Assembly: GCA_013265495.1 (NCBI GenBank)
Contig: MU058636.1
Span: 7,580,295-7,644,294, forward strand
Length of the DNA: 64,000 nt
Reading direction: 5' to 3'
Source: Vicugna vicugna
Lineage: Eukaryota
Every line of letters begins with the position of its first letter. The first letter of the stretch is position 1. The translations under genes were made by a program, and so were the position numbers. A model generated the notes under the pieces. It saw only the letters and a list, made by a program, of their open reading frames with translations, was not told the DNA's origin and ran no database searches. Positions 39,958 to 53,394 of this stretch are shown here, one piece after another.

Positions 39958-41770
39958 AGGGAGTGATGTCAGCAAAAATGATAGAATAGGGACCTCCAAA
40001 AATTATTCCCTCAGTAGAAGCAAGGAGAAGATTGGCAAAAATGGTCAGAAGTAACTTTTTCAGAACTCTAGAAATTAACCAAAGGCTTGCAGCAATCCTG
40101 GAGAATTACACACACACCCCCCTACACACACACACCCCTGAACCTGGAGAATTTAACACACACACACCCACCCCTGAAACTCAACAAGAACGCAGCTTTG
40201 TGGCATTTTAATTTGCCCTACCCTGCTTTCCTCAGCTCTGTGGTATTCCTTTGAAGAAACTGACAAACGAATCCTAAAATTCACATGGAAAATAAAAGGA
40301 CACCAGACAACCAAAATAATCTTGAAAAAGAAGAATCAAGTTAAAGGACTCATACTTCCTCATTTCAAAATTGTCTGAAAAACTATAGTCATCAAGACAG
40401 TGTGGTACTGGCATAAAGATAGACTTACGGATCAATTGAATAAAACTGAGAGTCTAGAAATAGACTCATATGTTTATAGTTGATTTTTCAAAGGATGCCA
40501 AGGCAATTCCATTGAGGAAGAATAGTCTTTTCAGCAAATGGTGCTAGGACAACTGAACAGATACATGCAAAAGACTGAAACTGGACCGTTATCTCACACT
40601 ATACACAAAAATTAACTCAAAATGGATCAAAAAGGATTTAAAATTCTAAGACTCTTAAAAAGAAACATATATAAATCTTCATGTTCTTGGATTAGGCAAT
40701 GATTTCTTAGATATGATACCTAAAGCACACGCAACCAAGAAAAAAAATCCTAGGAAGCCAAGATCAGTTGGACCTCATGACAATCAAAAATTTTAATCTT
40801 CAAAGAATATCATCAACAAAGAAGAAATGGAAGAAAATGTTTGCAAATCATACATCTGGTAAAGTCTAGTAACCAGAATACAAAAAGAACTCTTACAACA
40901 CAAAGAAATGAGACAAATAACCTAATTAAAAAGTGGGCAAAGGACTTGAATAGACACTTCTCCAAACATGACATACAAATGGACAGCAAATACATGAAAA
41001 ATGCTCAACATCAATAATCCCTAGGGAAATGTAAACCAAAACTACAATGAGATACCATTTCACATCCACTAGAATGGATTTTTTTAAAAAGGACAGTAAT
41101 ACATATTGACAAGGATGTAGAGAAATTGGAACCTTCAATTGCTAGTGGGAATATAAAATGTTACAGCCACTTAGGTAAAAAGTTTGGTAGGTTCTTAAAA
41201 AGATAAACAGAGTTACCAGTTGACCCAGCAATTCCATTCCCAAACATGTAGCCAACAGAATTGAAAACATACATGCATAAAAACTTGTGCAGGAATGTTC
41301 ATAGCAGCATTATTCATAACAGTCAAAAGGCGCAAACAACCCAAATGTCCATCAACTGATTAATGGACAAATGAAATGTGTTACATCCAAAAGTGAAATA
41401 TTATTCAGCCACAAAAAAGAATAAAGTACTAACACATGTTCCTACATAGATGAACCTTGAAAATATTATGCTAAGTGACAAAGTCAGACACACAAGGCCA
41501 CAAACTGTTTGCTTCTATTTATATGAAATAACAAGAGTAGATAAATCCATAGAGACAGAAAGTAGATTAGTGATTGCCAGAGGCTGGGGGGAGAGAAGTG
41601 TGGGGGCTGACTGCTAATGGGTACGAGATTTCTTTTTGGTGTGATGAAAATGTTTTGGAATTATGTAGTAGTAATGGTTGCCACAAACTTGTAAATATAC
41701 TAAAAATCAATGAATTGCATACTTCAAAAGGCTGAATTTTTTACATGTGAATTATATCTCATTAAAATAT
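39958..41770 (+). mobile_element. L1 (5' piece joined to L1MB-like ORF2 3' end and 3'UTR)
   Basis: gtgtggtactggcataa, gacccagcaattcc and gtgaattatatctc phrases. Confidence 0.85.
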
Positions 41771-44172
41771 TTTTAAATGTTGTATTTTGAGAATAAACTA
41801 TTTCCTGGGTTTTTTTAAACTTAAATAACAACATTTTAGCATAATTTCACCTTCTGGTATAATATGGAACTAACCATAAGAATTCAATTATATCACATTT
41901 AATAGACCATTATAGATATTTATTGTTTACTCTACTAAATGCTTTTAAATTAAGGATATTTTAAGTAGTTTCCTTTCCTAAATGTGAATTATTTCTAGAA
42001 GGTCCAACTAACATGATGACACCAAACATCAAAATAAATTATATCACCCTAAAAATATGTTTAATCTCCTGGACATCTTTTGGAGCAGTGTTTTTCAAGC
42101 TGCAGAATGCAACTTACTAGTGGATGGATTTAGTGAGTTAATAACATTGAATTAAAAACACAGAATAGAATAAAAAACATCAGCATGCATCACACAGAGT
42201 AAGGGTAAGTACTATTTCATAATTGTTTCAGTTATATTTTAATATGTATGTTGGTATAACTGGGCACAATAGGCTATCAGTCATGGTCAACAAAGTTTGA
42301 AAACCATTTTACACTCCTGAGTATTGTGTCATTAAATAAACGGTAGTAGGCAAGACCGTTGCCAAGATTATGTTAGCACAACAGTGCTGTAGACTTGCCA
42401 CTTGCCATTTCAGATTACTGTCATATGTCTTATTCTCTTCCCACAAATCAATTCTTTGTTATTTTTCTGATTTTTTATTTTCAAAAAAGTACTGTACGTT
42501 GAAGAACAGCTAATGTTTATTCAACAGGGGATTTTTTTCAGTAATCTCTAATTCTCATACTAACCATTCAATATGGATTTCACTACCCCCATTTTGCAGG
42601 TGAGTCTGAAAAAAGTTACTTATATAAAGTCATATTAAGTAATAAGTGGTAGAGGCAAAAACTGATTCAAGTTTATTTGCTCAAAAGCCAGTGTAGATTC
42701 TTTCACCACCTTTATTCTTACCATCTATAAAAATACTGTACTGTATTAGTTACACAAATATTTAGTGTTATTTTGACTTGAGGGTTTCCTTAGTCTTTAT
42801 AGATGTATTTTATTTTAACTTTTCTCTTTTAATATAAAGTTATTAAAATGATTATAAAGTATACATAGTCTCAAAGAAAATACTAAAAAGTATAAATATA
42901 AATCATCCATAATCCCATGATATTATTTTGCTTTATAATTTTTATTTACTATGTTAGGGAAACATTTTCCTATTTTAGTTATATATTTTTCTACAATATA
43001 ATCTTTAGTAATTTCATGATATTATCACAGTTTATTGAATTATTCCCTTACTGTTGGATATTTTGGTTATGTTTTCTCTCCTCTAGCTGCTTTTCATATC
43101 AAAAGGATTTTCCCCTAACAATCCATCTTTTAATAAACCCTTGAGTCAATTTCCCTCAGGTCCTTTGATTCCAGGGTGCTAAGAACTGCCTTATTATTTC
43201 CTTCCTGTATGGTCTTTAATTATTCCAAAATTCTTCATAGGCAGAGAAAAAATGAGGCTGCACACTAAAGAAAAAAATAAATTTTCTAGTTTTCTACTTC
43301 TAGGAACCAATGCCTGGGGTATCAGCTTTTGAGCCCTTTGCTTGCAGGAATATGATTTCCCAGGGTCAAGATATGCCATAGGTTATAGTTAACAACGTTA
43401 CCTATTGACTTGTCTAGAAGCTACTGGCAAGTTCCAAACCTCATCCAAAAGAAACTATTTCTCCTATTTATCTTAAAGAGCCTTTTTTTAAATCAATATA
43501 TATATAAACATAATTTGCTAGAATATATCTTTCAATAGCAGGATAGCCCTCTTCTTCATTTGTGGCCATGTTTCCACATAGTAGGAATGTTATGGCTCCG
43601 TCAGGCACCATCCCTCTATGATAGATACTTAAAATAAAATTTCACAGTTAAGTTGGGCATTTTTCTAATGTTCTGACTTACTCTGAACATTAGGGAAACA
43701 CTGCGCATTTTAGAGTCTCCTCTCTGAGACACCCAACTTACAACGGTATTCAAGAGAAAACCAAGCTGCCCTCACAGACCTACAGTCTAGTAATATTTAT
43801 GTGTAAGTATGTTAATATGTAATTAGAATGAAGGAGTTTTATTTTTATTTTCAAAATATTTCTCTCTTCACTATTTAAACAAATTTTAATAAGGCAGGTG
43901 ATATTTTTTTAAGAGAAAGTTGAACTATAAGATAAATATAAAAATTAAAAAGAAGTATTTAAGGTGACTGTGCAGTAAAAGTTAACACAGATATGTATAT
44001 AAATAGTGAATGGGGAGTACAAGCTTCCTTAAGTTCTCTTACCATCTGCTATTTTATATTGTTGCTATGAAATCTAGAAGTTCAACTTCCAAAATATAAG
44101 GGACACCTGTTTTGTCAGTACCATTCACAGGCAAATATAATTAACTAGAAAGGAAAGACACAGTTAGGCTTA

Positions 44173-44286
<114 letters not shown>

Positions 44287-46586
44287 TCATGATTGATTTC
44301 AGAGATAAGAAGAACAATCAATTCCCAATTAACTCTTGCCTAACCAGGTCCTTTTGTAGCATGCATAAGAGAAGCTGAAGAAAAATGAGAGATTCTGGCC
44401 TTCTCCAGTACTATCAGGCTTCTAAATATTCTGGAAACTTCTCTATCCCAACCCAATAGTCCGTGCAATTTTTAAGGTAAATATAGTGGAAATTGTGAAA
44501 ATTGTATCATCCATGTGGTACAGAGCATTAAGTTTCTACAGACAATAAATATAAATAATACATGCACTCTGCCATTAAGTAGATAATACAATAGAAGCTG
44601 TAAGTGTATTAAAATGGAAAAATAAGATCACATTTTCATTTCTGTCTATTTTTAAATTCCTCCAGCATACCAAAGTGGACACTTCTTGTGGGTGGTGTAA
44701 ATATAACCTGCAATTCAGGGACAACTGAGGCTGATGACTTTAGGGATGGCAACTGAAGCCATGACTAAATGAGATGGCTTGTTAATAGCACCCAGAGAAG
44801 TTAAGAGGATTAGTGATGTAAACTTGGAAAAGCAACTTCTAAGGGATAGGAGAAGCACTAAAGATAGGGCCATCATTTAAGCAATAGGAAAATCCAGGAA
44901 AATATACATGGAAGTCAAGGGGTGGGGTGGGAACAGTTCTAAAAAGTGAGCATAGTGAGCAGTATGGAGTGCCTCAGACACGTCTGCTACCAGGAGGCTT
45001 GAAAAGGAGTCATTGTACTTGGCTACTGAGAGAGAAACTGTGTCACAGCCCCGTGGTGGGAGCAGAACACAGCTGAGAGAGGGTGAGGAGTGAACGGCAA
45101 AGGCAGTGAGTATATCCACTCTTCCAAGAAGTTTGGCTGAGAAAAAGAAAGCTAAGGTAGTAGTTTTATAACGATAGGGCAAAATGAAAGTTTGTGTTTG
45201 TTGTGTTTTGGTGGAAGAGATGAGTACGTTGCAGACAAAGGACATGCCACAGCCAGTGGAGGAGAGGTTGAAAATATGAGGAAATAAATTATAACTTTGA
45301 GAGGCAGCAGATAGACTTGGGAAGAAATATGGGACCCTTTTTCTTTAAGACAGGAAAAGGAACAGGAAAGGTGGATAAAGATGTGAATACATTTGAAGGT
45401 AAAAGGGAAGATGGCTGGATTTCACACCTGATGAACTCTTTCCTTTGTGAGGTAAGATGTTAGATCATTTTCTAAGAGTGACAACTTTGGGCACGCTGGA
45501 CCAGGAGATGGAATTCACTCACTTACTCACTCAGCAGATGCTACTGAGCATGTTCTATGTGCCATCACTAGATTAGGCACTAGGGTATGAAGACAAGTCA
45601 TGGTTTTTACAAACTGTTGGGGAAACAGCAAAACAAACAGGTTGCAGGACCTGCTCCCTGGGTAGAGGTGTGCAGAGGTGCCCTGTAAGTAAAGAACAGA
45701 TGCAACTAATTCAGGCCACAGGGGAATTCATCTGGAACAGTAGCCAGTTGAGAACTAGGGAAAGGACATTCCAGGCAGAGGGAGCAGCACAGGCCTAAAG
45801 GTATAAAGCAGATGACAGATGGAGGAATCGCATCGTCCCTGGTCTGGTTGCAGGACCAGGTGGGAGTAGGAGCACGGCTGGAGAGGCAGGAACCATGTGT
45901 TGGACAGGACCTTGTAGAACACACTGAGTGGCTTTGCTGAGATCCTCTGGACAATGCTAAGTCATTGAGGGTTTCACACCAGGAACAACACCTTATCTGT
46001 ATTTCAGAATGATTATTCAGACAGCAGAGAAGAAAAATGAGTATGGTGGGGGCAAGACTTTAACAGCTACACTGAAACCTGGAGAGCTCTAATTTTCAAG
46101 TGAACAATAACAAAATCGAGTTGTCCAAAAAGGCAACAGAGATAGCTGGATAGTCTAGAACCTACGTCATGAGGACTGGCTAATGTACTTAATATTTTAG
46201 CTTAGGGGGAAAAATTAAGAGAAGACCGAGAGCTGTTTTCAAATCTTTGAAAAGCTGTCCTATAGGAGGAGTGGAGACTTCTTCTTTGGAAGACTGAACT
46301 AAAACCAATGGGTTTTAAAGAAGTTTCAAGAATTAGGAAGGAGGAGCAGAAGTTTCAAGGGACAAAAATAAGGAATTGATCTTTAACAAGCCTGAAAAAT
46401 TAGAACTGCCTTACAATCAAACAGAACGGCCTCAGATTCCTTATCTGTAAACCAAAGCATTATATTCAACAACTTTCAGATCTGTTGCTAGAATTCTACG
46501 TTTGTGGGAATAGAAGTTACGTTTGTCATGTGTCTCAGCAAGCTCCAGTCAGTCTTTCTGCCTGACTTTTAAGTATGGGGTCTGTA

Positions 46587-48166
46587 CAGGCAGACCTCGC
46601 TTTACTGCACTTTGCTTTATTGTAAGTCTCAAATAAATTTGTAAAAATTTTTTACAAATTCAAGGTTTGTAGCAACCCAGCATCAAGAAAGTCAATCTGC
46701 CCCATTTTTCCAACAGCATTTCCTCACTTCGTGTCTGTGTGTCATATTTAGGTAATTCTTGCAATGTTTCTAACTTTTCCATTATTATTATATAATCTGA
46801 GAAAAGATCCCTTTCACAGTATCACTGCTCATTGACAATGCACCTGGTCACCCCAGAGCTTTGATGGAGATGGACACGGAGATTAATACTGTTCTGATGC
46901 CTGTTAACACAACACCTATTCTGCAGTCCATGGATCGAGGAGACATTCCAACTTTCGAGGCTTATTACTTAAGAAATGCATTTCATAAGGCTATAGCTGC
47001 CATAGATAGTGATTCCTCTGATGGGTCTGGGCCAAGTAAATGGAAAACCTTCTAGAAAGGATTCACTATTCTAGATGCCAGTAAGAATACTTGTGATTTA
47101 TGGGAAGAGGTCAAGATAGCTACATTAACAGGAGTTTGGAAGAAGCTGATTCTAATTGTCACAGATGACTTAGGGGTTCCAGACTTCAGTGGAGGAAGTA
47201 ACTGAGGATGTGATGGAAGTATTGAGAGAACCAGAATTAGAAGTGGAGCCTAAAAATATGACTGAATTGCTGTAATCTCATTATAAGACTTATAGATGAA
47301 GAATTGCTTCTTATGCATAAGCAAAGAAAGTGGTTTCTTGAGATGGAATCTACTCCTGGTGAAGATGCTGTGAAGATTGTTGAAATGACAACAAAGGATT
47401 TAGACTATTACAGAAACTTAGTTGATAAAGCAGCAGCAGAGTTGAGAGGATTGACTCCAATTTTGAAAGAAGTTCTGCTGTGGTTAAAATGTTATCAAAT
47501 AACATTGCATTCCACAGGGAAATCACTTGTGAAAGGAAAAGTCAATGAAGTGGCAAATGTCACTGTTGTCTTATTTTAAGAAATTGCCACAGCCACCCCT
47601 ACCTTCAGCAACCATGACCCTGATTGGCCAGCAGCCATCAACCCTCCACCAGCAAAATGATTATGGCTCAGATGATGGTTAGCAATTTTTTTTAGCAATA
47701 AAGTATTTTATTTTATTTTATTTATTTATTTATTTATTTTGTGAGTTAAGGTAGGTTTACTTTGGGAGATGTACACTAGAGCGCAGGCCGTCTCAGAAGG
47801 CAAGAGAAAGGCCAAGAGGTGCGGGGTTGGGGGTTTAGTTTAAAGTAAAAGTAGATACACACTCCACAGACAGAGTGCGGACTGTCTCAGAAAGCAAGAG
47901 AGAGAGAGAGCGCGCGAACGGGACTGCGAGGCATGGTGTTGGGCGTGGTGTTGCTAGTTCTTTTAGCAATAAAGTATTTTAAAATTAAGATATGCACATT
48001 GTTTTTTATACAAAGTTATTGCACACTTAATCGACTACAATAGAGTGTAAACATAACTTCAAAATGCACTGGAAACCAAAAAATTCCTGTGACTAGCTTT
48101 ATTGTGATAATCATTTTATCAGGGTGGTCTGGAACCAAGCCTACTAACACCTCTAAGGTTCACCTG
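46587..48166 (+). mobile_element. Tigger1 DNA transposon, internally deleted, with a nested insertion
   Basis: TA|CAGGCAGACCTCG left end and AGGTTCACCTG right end resemble Tigger1 TIRs; degenerate DDE-transposase peptides ([36 protein letters not shown]). Confidence 0.9.
47710..47960 (-). mobile_element. Poly(A)-tailed retroposed LTR-like fragment inserted in Tigger1
   Basis: 20-bp TSD TTTTAGCAATAAAGTATTTT at 47690-47709 and 47961-47980; (TTTA)n tail at 47710-47740; CpG-rich body. Confidence 0.8.
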
Positions 48167-49619
48167 TGTATTCTTAAAAACCAATGTCTATTGTCCATTC
48201 ACCATATAAATTAGAAGAATTCTGAGCTGTAGAAACTCAGTTTCAGTCAAAACAGTGAAGCCAGCAAAAATATAAACAGCAGGCACAGCAAATAGCTCTA
48301 GTTATCACTAAAGAATCAATTATTTATGTATTCAGCATGGAAAGAACTGCAAATCATTCATTGCCCTTTCCAGTCAGCATAGTATTCACATGGTCACAAC
48401 CATCTTTGACTGTAAAGATTAACAATTCACTCTAGACTGAAAATCCTTATTAACATTTATAGTGGGAAACAGGATTAACATCTTCCTGGGAAGCTGGTAA
48501 AATAGGCTTTGATTGTATGTCCAGTGATCCTGTATAATCAGAGTAGGAACTATTCCAACCAAATGATTTTTTCAAGTAAACAAAGGTAAAGGGTGATGGC
48601 TACAGCGAGTAGCGATTCTGATGTCCCTGTCACAGAGAGAGGGGCGAGGAAGACCAAGAAAGAAAAACAGGAAAGCAATATTCACCATTTACTGGAATTT
48701 AGAACCAATTACATGCTTGGCATTTTACTCAGCACTTTACGTACATTTTATCTGTAAACCCTCACAAACCCCCTGCAAGACACCGCTGCTATTTCCCTCC
48801 TAGACAGGAGAAAAGAAATTAAGGCCCAGAAAGATCACACCACAGTAGGTTCAGATCTGGGATTCAAATCCAAATTTGCAATGACTCCAAAGTCTGTGGT
48901 CTTTCATCGTATCAGGGCCTCATAAAGGAGGCAGCATTTTGCTCCACCTTGAAGGAAGCAGAACGGGCATGCACGAGGAGCAGCACGTTCTCCCGCGGAG
49001 AGCACACAGTCGGATTAGGAGAACGTGGGTGCCAGCGCTGCAGGAGGAAGCGGTGCTTCCAACCAAGCCTTCAGGGCCATAAAGTTTGAACTGACTGTCC
49101 TTTTTGTGGGTAAGAGACTACAAGGAGTGATGCTCTTCTGTCTCAATGTCCTACTTCCCTTAGTTGGCACTAGAATTCCAAGCCTTCTTTTACCCACTAT
49201 TGCCCTGACTTTTATTCTCAAGCTGTTCTATGCACCCTCTTCTCGGCTCCAATCCCCAATGCTAATTCCTTTCCTCTCAATCCTTTCATTGATCCTCTGG
49301 GGACTCCAGATCAGTGATTAGCCGATTACCTTTATGTCTAACCCAGTCCCCAAGGTCTGCTACCTCCTTGCCTCACCTAGCTATGTCCTGAGTGCTCCAA
49401 CCCTCTTTTTGGCTCTCCTTCCCTTGACCATCACTGGTGAAACTCTTCAGAGCTGTATCTTAAACTATCTCCTCTTTTCACCCTGTGTCTTCTGCCTGAT
49501 GTGTTCCATTCATTCACATGGTGCCATTTCCTGTCTGTGTGCTAATAAGCTATGAACCCATATCCTCAATCTTGATCTTTTTTTTCTGAGAGTCACAAAT
49601 CCAACTGCTCTTTGGACAC

Positions 49620-50035
49620 TGTAGCCCCCCGACTGTGGGAACAAAGGAATGAGCCTTGGGCTGGAATGGTAAACAAGTTATAAAAAGCTGCAGACTCAGA
49701 GGTGAGAAGGCTGGTTAGCCAATGACGCGTAAGATCCCCACAGGGGGGGCAACCTAAGACAGGCACAGCCGCCTGAGTCCAAGAAGAATGTTGTTAAGCA
49801 GCTGTTTCTCATACGTTCCACCCTGATAAGCTGTAAGGCTCGCTGGTGCCAACACGAACATGATTTACCAAAACATAAAGGGTCTTCTGACCTTGAGCCA
49901 GACACTGTCTGTTAACCATTTCCCTTATCATTCTTCTTTGCTATATAAGACTATGTAACTTAATAAAGCTTTAGAGTAGCCATCAGCTCTCTCCGCATAC
50001 AGTGTGTATGTGTACATGATATTGTGACACCAACA
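49620..50035 (+). mobile_element. Solo endogenous retrovirus LTR (ERVK-like)
   Basis: TG...CA termini, GACAC TSD (49615-49619, 50036-50040), CCAAT 49719-49723, TATATAA 49942-49948, AATAAA 49962-49967; interrupts an L2-like remnant. Confidence 0.82.
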
Positions 50036-50768
50036 GACACTTTCATTTGGATAATGCACATTGAAAACTGAATTCATATCCTAACCTTAAAATATATACC
50101 AAAATAAAATTAATAAGGATTAAATATTTAAATGTCAACTATTAAGCCATTTAAGTACTAAACAAAGATGTGATGTTATAAAACATTGAGATGAAGACAG
50201 TCTTTTAAGTATGACATAAGCCATAAGTAAAAGACAGCTCTGACAACATTAAAAAAAAAACTCTTTAATACCAACAACATCATAAATAATATGGAAAGGC
50301 AAATGGAAAACTGGAGAATATGTGTAATGTTGTTCATAATTCACGATCACATTCCTGTCCTGTCATTTGTTAAGAACACACTTTCTAGCAGGAAAGCCAG
50401 GTCTACCTCAGACCTTACCATGCATAACTACAAGGTAAAATCCCTTGACTTTCACGATAGCAGAGGGATAATAGCTTATTTGTTTGAATTCTGGCAACTA
50501 CAAATCAAGCTAAAAAGACAACTAAGGAAGCAGATATGCAAAATATTCTCTTAATTGGGGCCACTTTTATCTCCTTTTTTACCTTTTTATAAAAGTTATA
50601 TATTTTCCTTTTCACCCTCCATATACAGAAACTTGGTACCTGTTCTCCCCATAATTCCAACGCCCATTTCTCTACCAAACCAAACCAATCAAAGACTTAG
50701 AAACATGGAAAACATAATTTATAGTAAGAGGAAACACTTAGACCTCAGAAGGAAAAAACAACAGTTAC

Positions 50769-50822
50769 CTGAGACATTTCAGCTATGTACGTCCGGCACT
50801 CACTATTGATCTTGTGGTAAGC
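50769..50822 (-). CDS. CCDC169: CCDC169 exon 6 (AYHKINSECRTYIAEMSQ); acceptor is non-canonical GG
   Basis: 54 nt matching recalled human AYQKINNERRTYLAEMSQ; CAG|gtaact donor; preceded by catgtgg where ...ag is expected. Confidence 0.78.
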
Positions 50823-51036
50823 CCACATGAAGGATATAGAGGTAAAGAATCTAACATCAGAGATTTGCAATACTAGCAAGGCTACTGCTAAGTTTATGTC
50901 TCTATGCTTTTTTTTTAAATAGTGTACAAAACAGTTCTATAAATATTTTGTGATAACTATATAGCAAGTTTGAAGATAACATACTAAACATCATGGAAGT
51001 TCCAAAGGAATCTCTCAGTATAGAATAAAAACAAAC

Positions 51037-51135
51037 CTTTGACTCTTCCTCGAGTCTCAGTGCACAATCTTTCACTTGATTTTCAAGACTCCTTTTTTCT
51101 TTCTCTAGCTGTTTAAGTAATGTATTTGAGGATTC
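51037..51135 (-). CDS. CCDC169: CCDC169 exon 5 (ESSNTLLKQLEKEKRSLENQVKDCALRLEEESK)
   Basis: ctttcag| acceptor, AAG|gtttgt donor; 99 nt; coiled-coil-like heptads. Confidence 0.9.
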
Positions 51136-53394
51136 CTGAAAGTATAAGCAGTAAATTTTTATGTGTGCTCACATTATAAACAACAATAAATATGACCATC
51201 AATTTCTTCAATGGCAAATTTTTTCTACACCATTAACAGTTTGTGATTTCAAACTTCTACAATATATACCTTTTAAGTAATAGTAATAAATAATTACAAT
51301 ATTTATTGAGCCCTGCCAACATGCCATGTACTGTACTAAGTGTTTTCCACAGGTTATTTCATTTAATCCTCATCACAGCCATGGAGATGGCTAATATGTT
51401 TATTTCCATTTCACTGTTGAGAAAAGTTGCATCTGATAGACGTTAAATAACTTGCCCACAGGCACAGAGCTAATAAAGGTAGAGCTGGAATTAGAACCCA
51501 GATAATCTGACTTCAAAAAAGACAAACACAAAATAATTATTGTATGTGTCTTCATATGATTGCTACCAGAGTAACAAAAGCAGTTAGAACAGGCAATGAG
51601 ATTGATGCCCAGGGGAAATGCAAGACACTGCGGAGTTGGACAGTCATGGCAACTAAGACCTCGATGCAGACACCCCTCATCACAATAGCTGAAGCCAAGT
51701 AGAGAAGAGGGTGAGCCCAGTGCCAGAGCAATAATGCATTACACCAGTGTGGCTTAATACGTTAATTCCTAAACTAATAACTGCTCTTTTTAAGTAACTC
51801 CAATTATTTCCCATATTCTTACACATTAAATTTAAAAATCTCCAAGTTGAATTCCACACAACTCTTGTTGGTCATGATCTAGGTCACCGAAATCTATTAA
51901 AAGAACATTCAAATAAAAATGGAAGCAGCTGATTTAAATCACAAAGCAAAACTGCAAGATATTTTAGAGCTCATACCCTCTGCCTGAAACACAGCTCATT
52001 CTCTAAAAACTTTACTTATTCCCTCTTAGATACTTGTTAATAATTATTAAAGGTGTAAAAATGGTTTTAATAGGAATAATTAGGTCAGCTGAAACCCGGC
52101 AAGTTCTAGTCTCTAAAAATAACAGCCATGATAAAACAAGCCCTCTGAAAGTGACAATTCTCCACTATGCACATTGGATTAACACCCCTGTTAAAACATG
52201 ATCAGTGATCTTTCTCAGGCAGGCAATGTTTGTCTTTAAAAATTATGCACCGGTGCCTAAATGGTTCTCAGTCCCCCTTTCCCAAATACAAACTTGCTAG
52301 AGAAGAAAATCAATGAAAGCCCTATAAATAGCAGAGGATAAACTGAGTTCTCTGGAGAAAAGTTAACCCTTCTGAAATAAACCGCTGCTCTAGTGTAAGA
52401 GGGACATATCATTGTCCCTTTTTAAAGGGACAATCAGGGAGTGATGACTGTATTTCAAAATTTTGCTGCACAGACCCTTACTCCAAGGAGTCCAACTTAG
52501 CCTTCCTTCACTTACATCATTTGTTAAATACATTTTTATAGATGTAAAAGAGAATCTAATCCTTCTTCATATTTTGTCAGTAGGAAAATGCACTTCAAAT
52601 TCTAAAAGAAATTAATATAAATAAACAATTGAAATACAAATTAGCTTTATATTAAAGATGACCTGAGTGAGATACGGTCCAAAATTCTAGAAGCTCATAC
52701 CAATAAATGTAGATAAATTCAAGAGCTGGAGCAAAATATTTGAGCAATAAATAAGAAGCAAGGTAAGAGAACCAGTGAAGGCCCTAGAAGGCTTAGAACG
52801 CTAGTTTCAGGAGGTTAAACACTGGGAGATATCGGAGGTTATTGAAGAAGTAACATGAAAGCAGGGGTTTAGGAATATTCAGGGTCAGTTTCTATGACAG
52901 AAGGATGATTTCTGTTATTTGTTGGTGAGGATTTGCAGTTTTAACCTTTGAGGCTTAAATATTTTTAATATGCTTGCTTTCTTGCTGCTATTGCCATGAT
53001 GACTGGATTCCTTGTCTTGTCTCTTGATTTTACAATTCATTTATTCAAAAAATATTCATCAAGCACCTGCTATGTGCCAGGCATTGTGCCAGGGATACCA
53101 CGGTGAGAATTACAAGCCCAGACCCTGTCCTCCTGACGCTCGGAGCCTAACAGGGTGCCTAGAATGCAGTGTATGTTGATGAACGTTACACATAATCTTG
53201 AGAAGGATCTGTGTTCTGTGGTTGTTGGATGGAATACTCTATAAATGTCAATAGATTGAGTTGATTGATAGTGCTGTTCAGATCAGCTGTATCTTCATTG
53301 ACTTTTCTGCCTTTTCCATCTATCAATTACTGAAGGGGGTGTTAAGTCTTCAATTTTAATAATGGATTTGCCTATTGTTTTTGGTTATAATTTT

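Noticed and set aside
40095..40180. Tandem duplication cctggagaatt-(CA)n-cccctgaa
   Set aside because: Local slippage inside an L1 5' fragment
46861..47579. Active transposase or domesticated TIGD gene
   Set aside because: Fragmented by stops, frameshifts and a large internal deletion
52411..52434. 11-bp-arm inverted repeat ATTGTCCCTTT-TT-AAAGGGACAAT
   Set aside because: Isolated short hairpin with no supporting context; a few are expected in 64 kb
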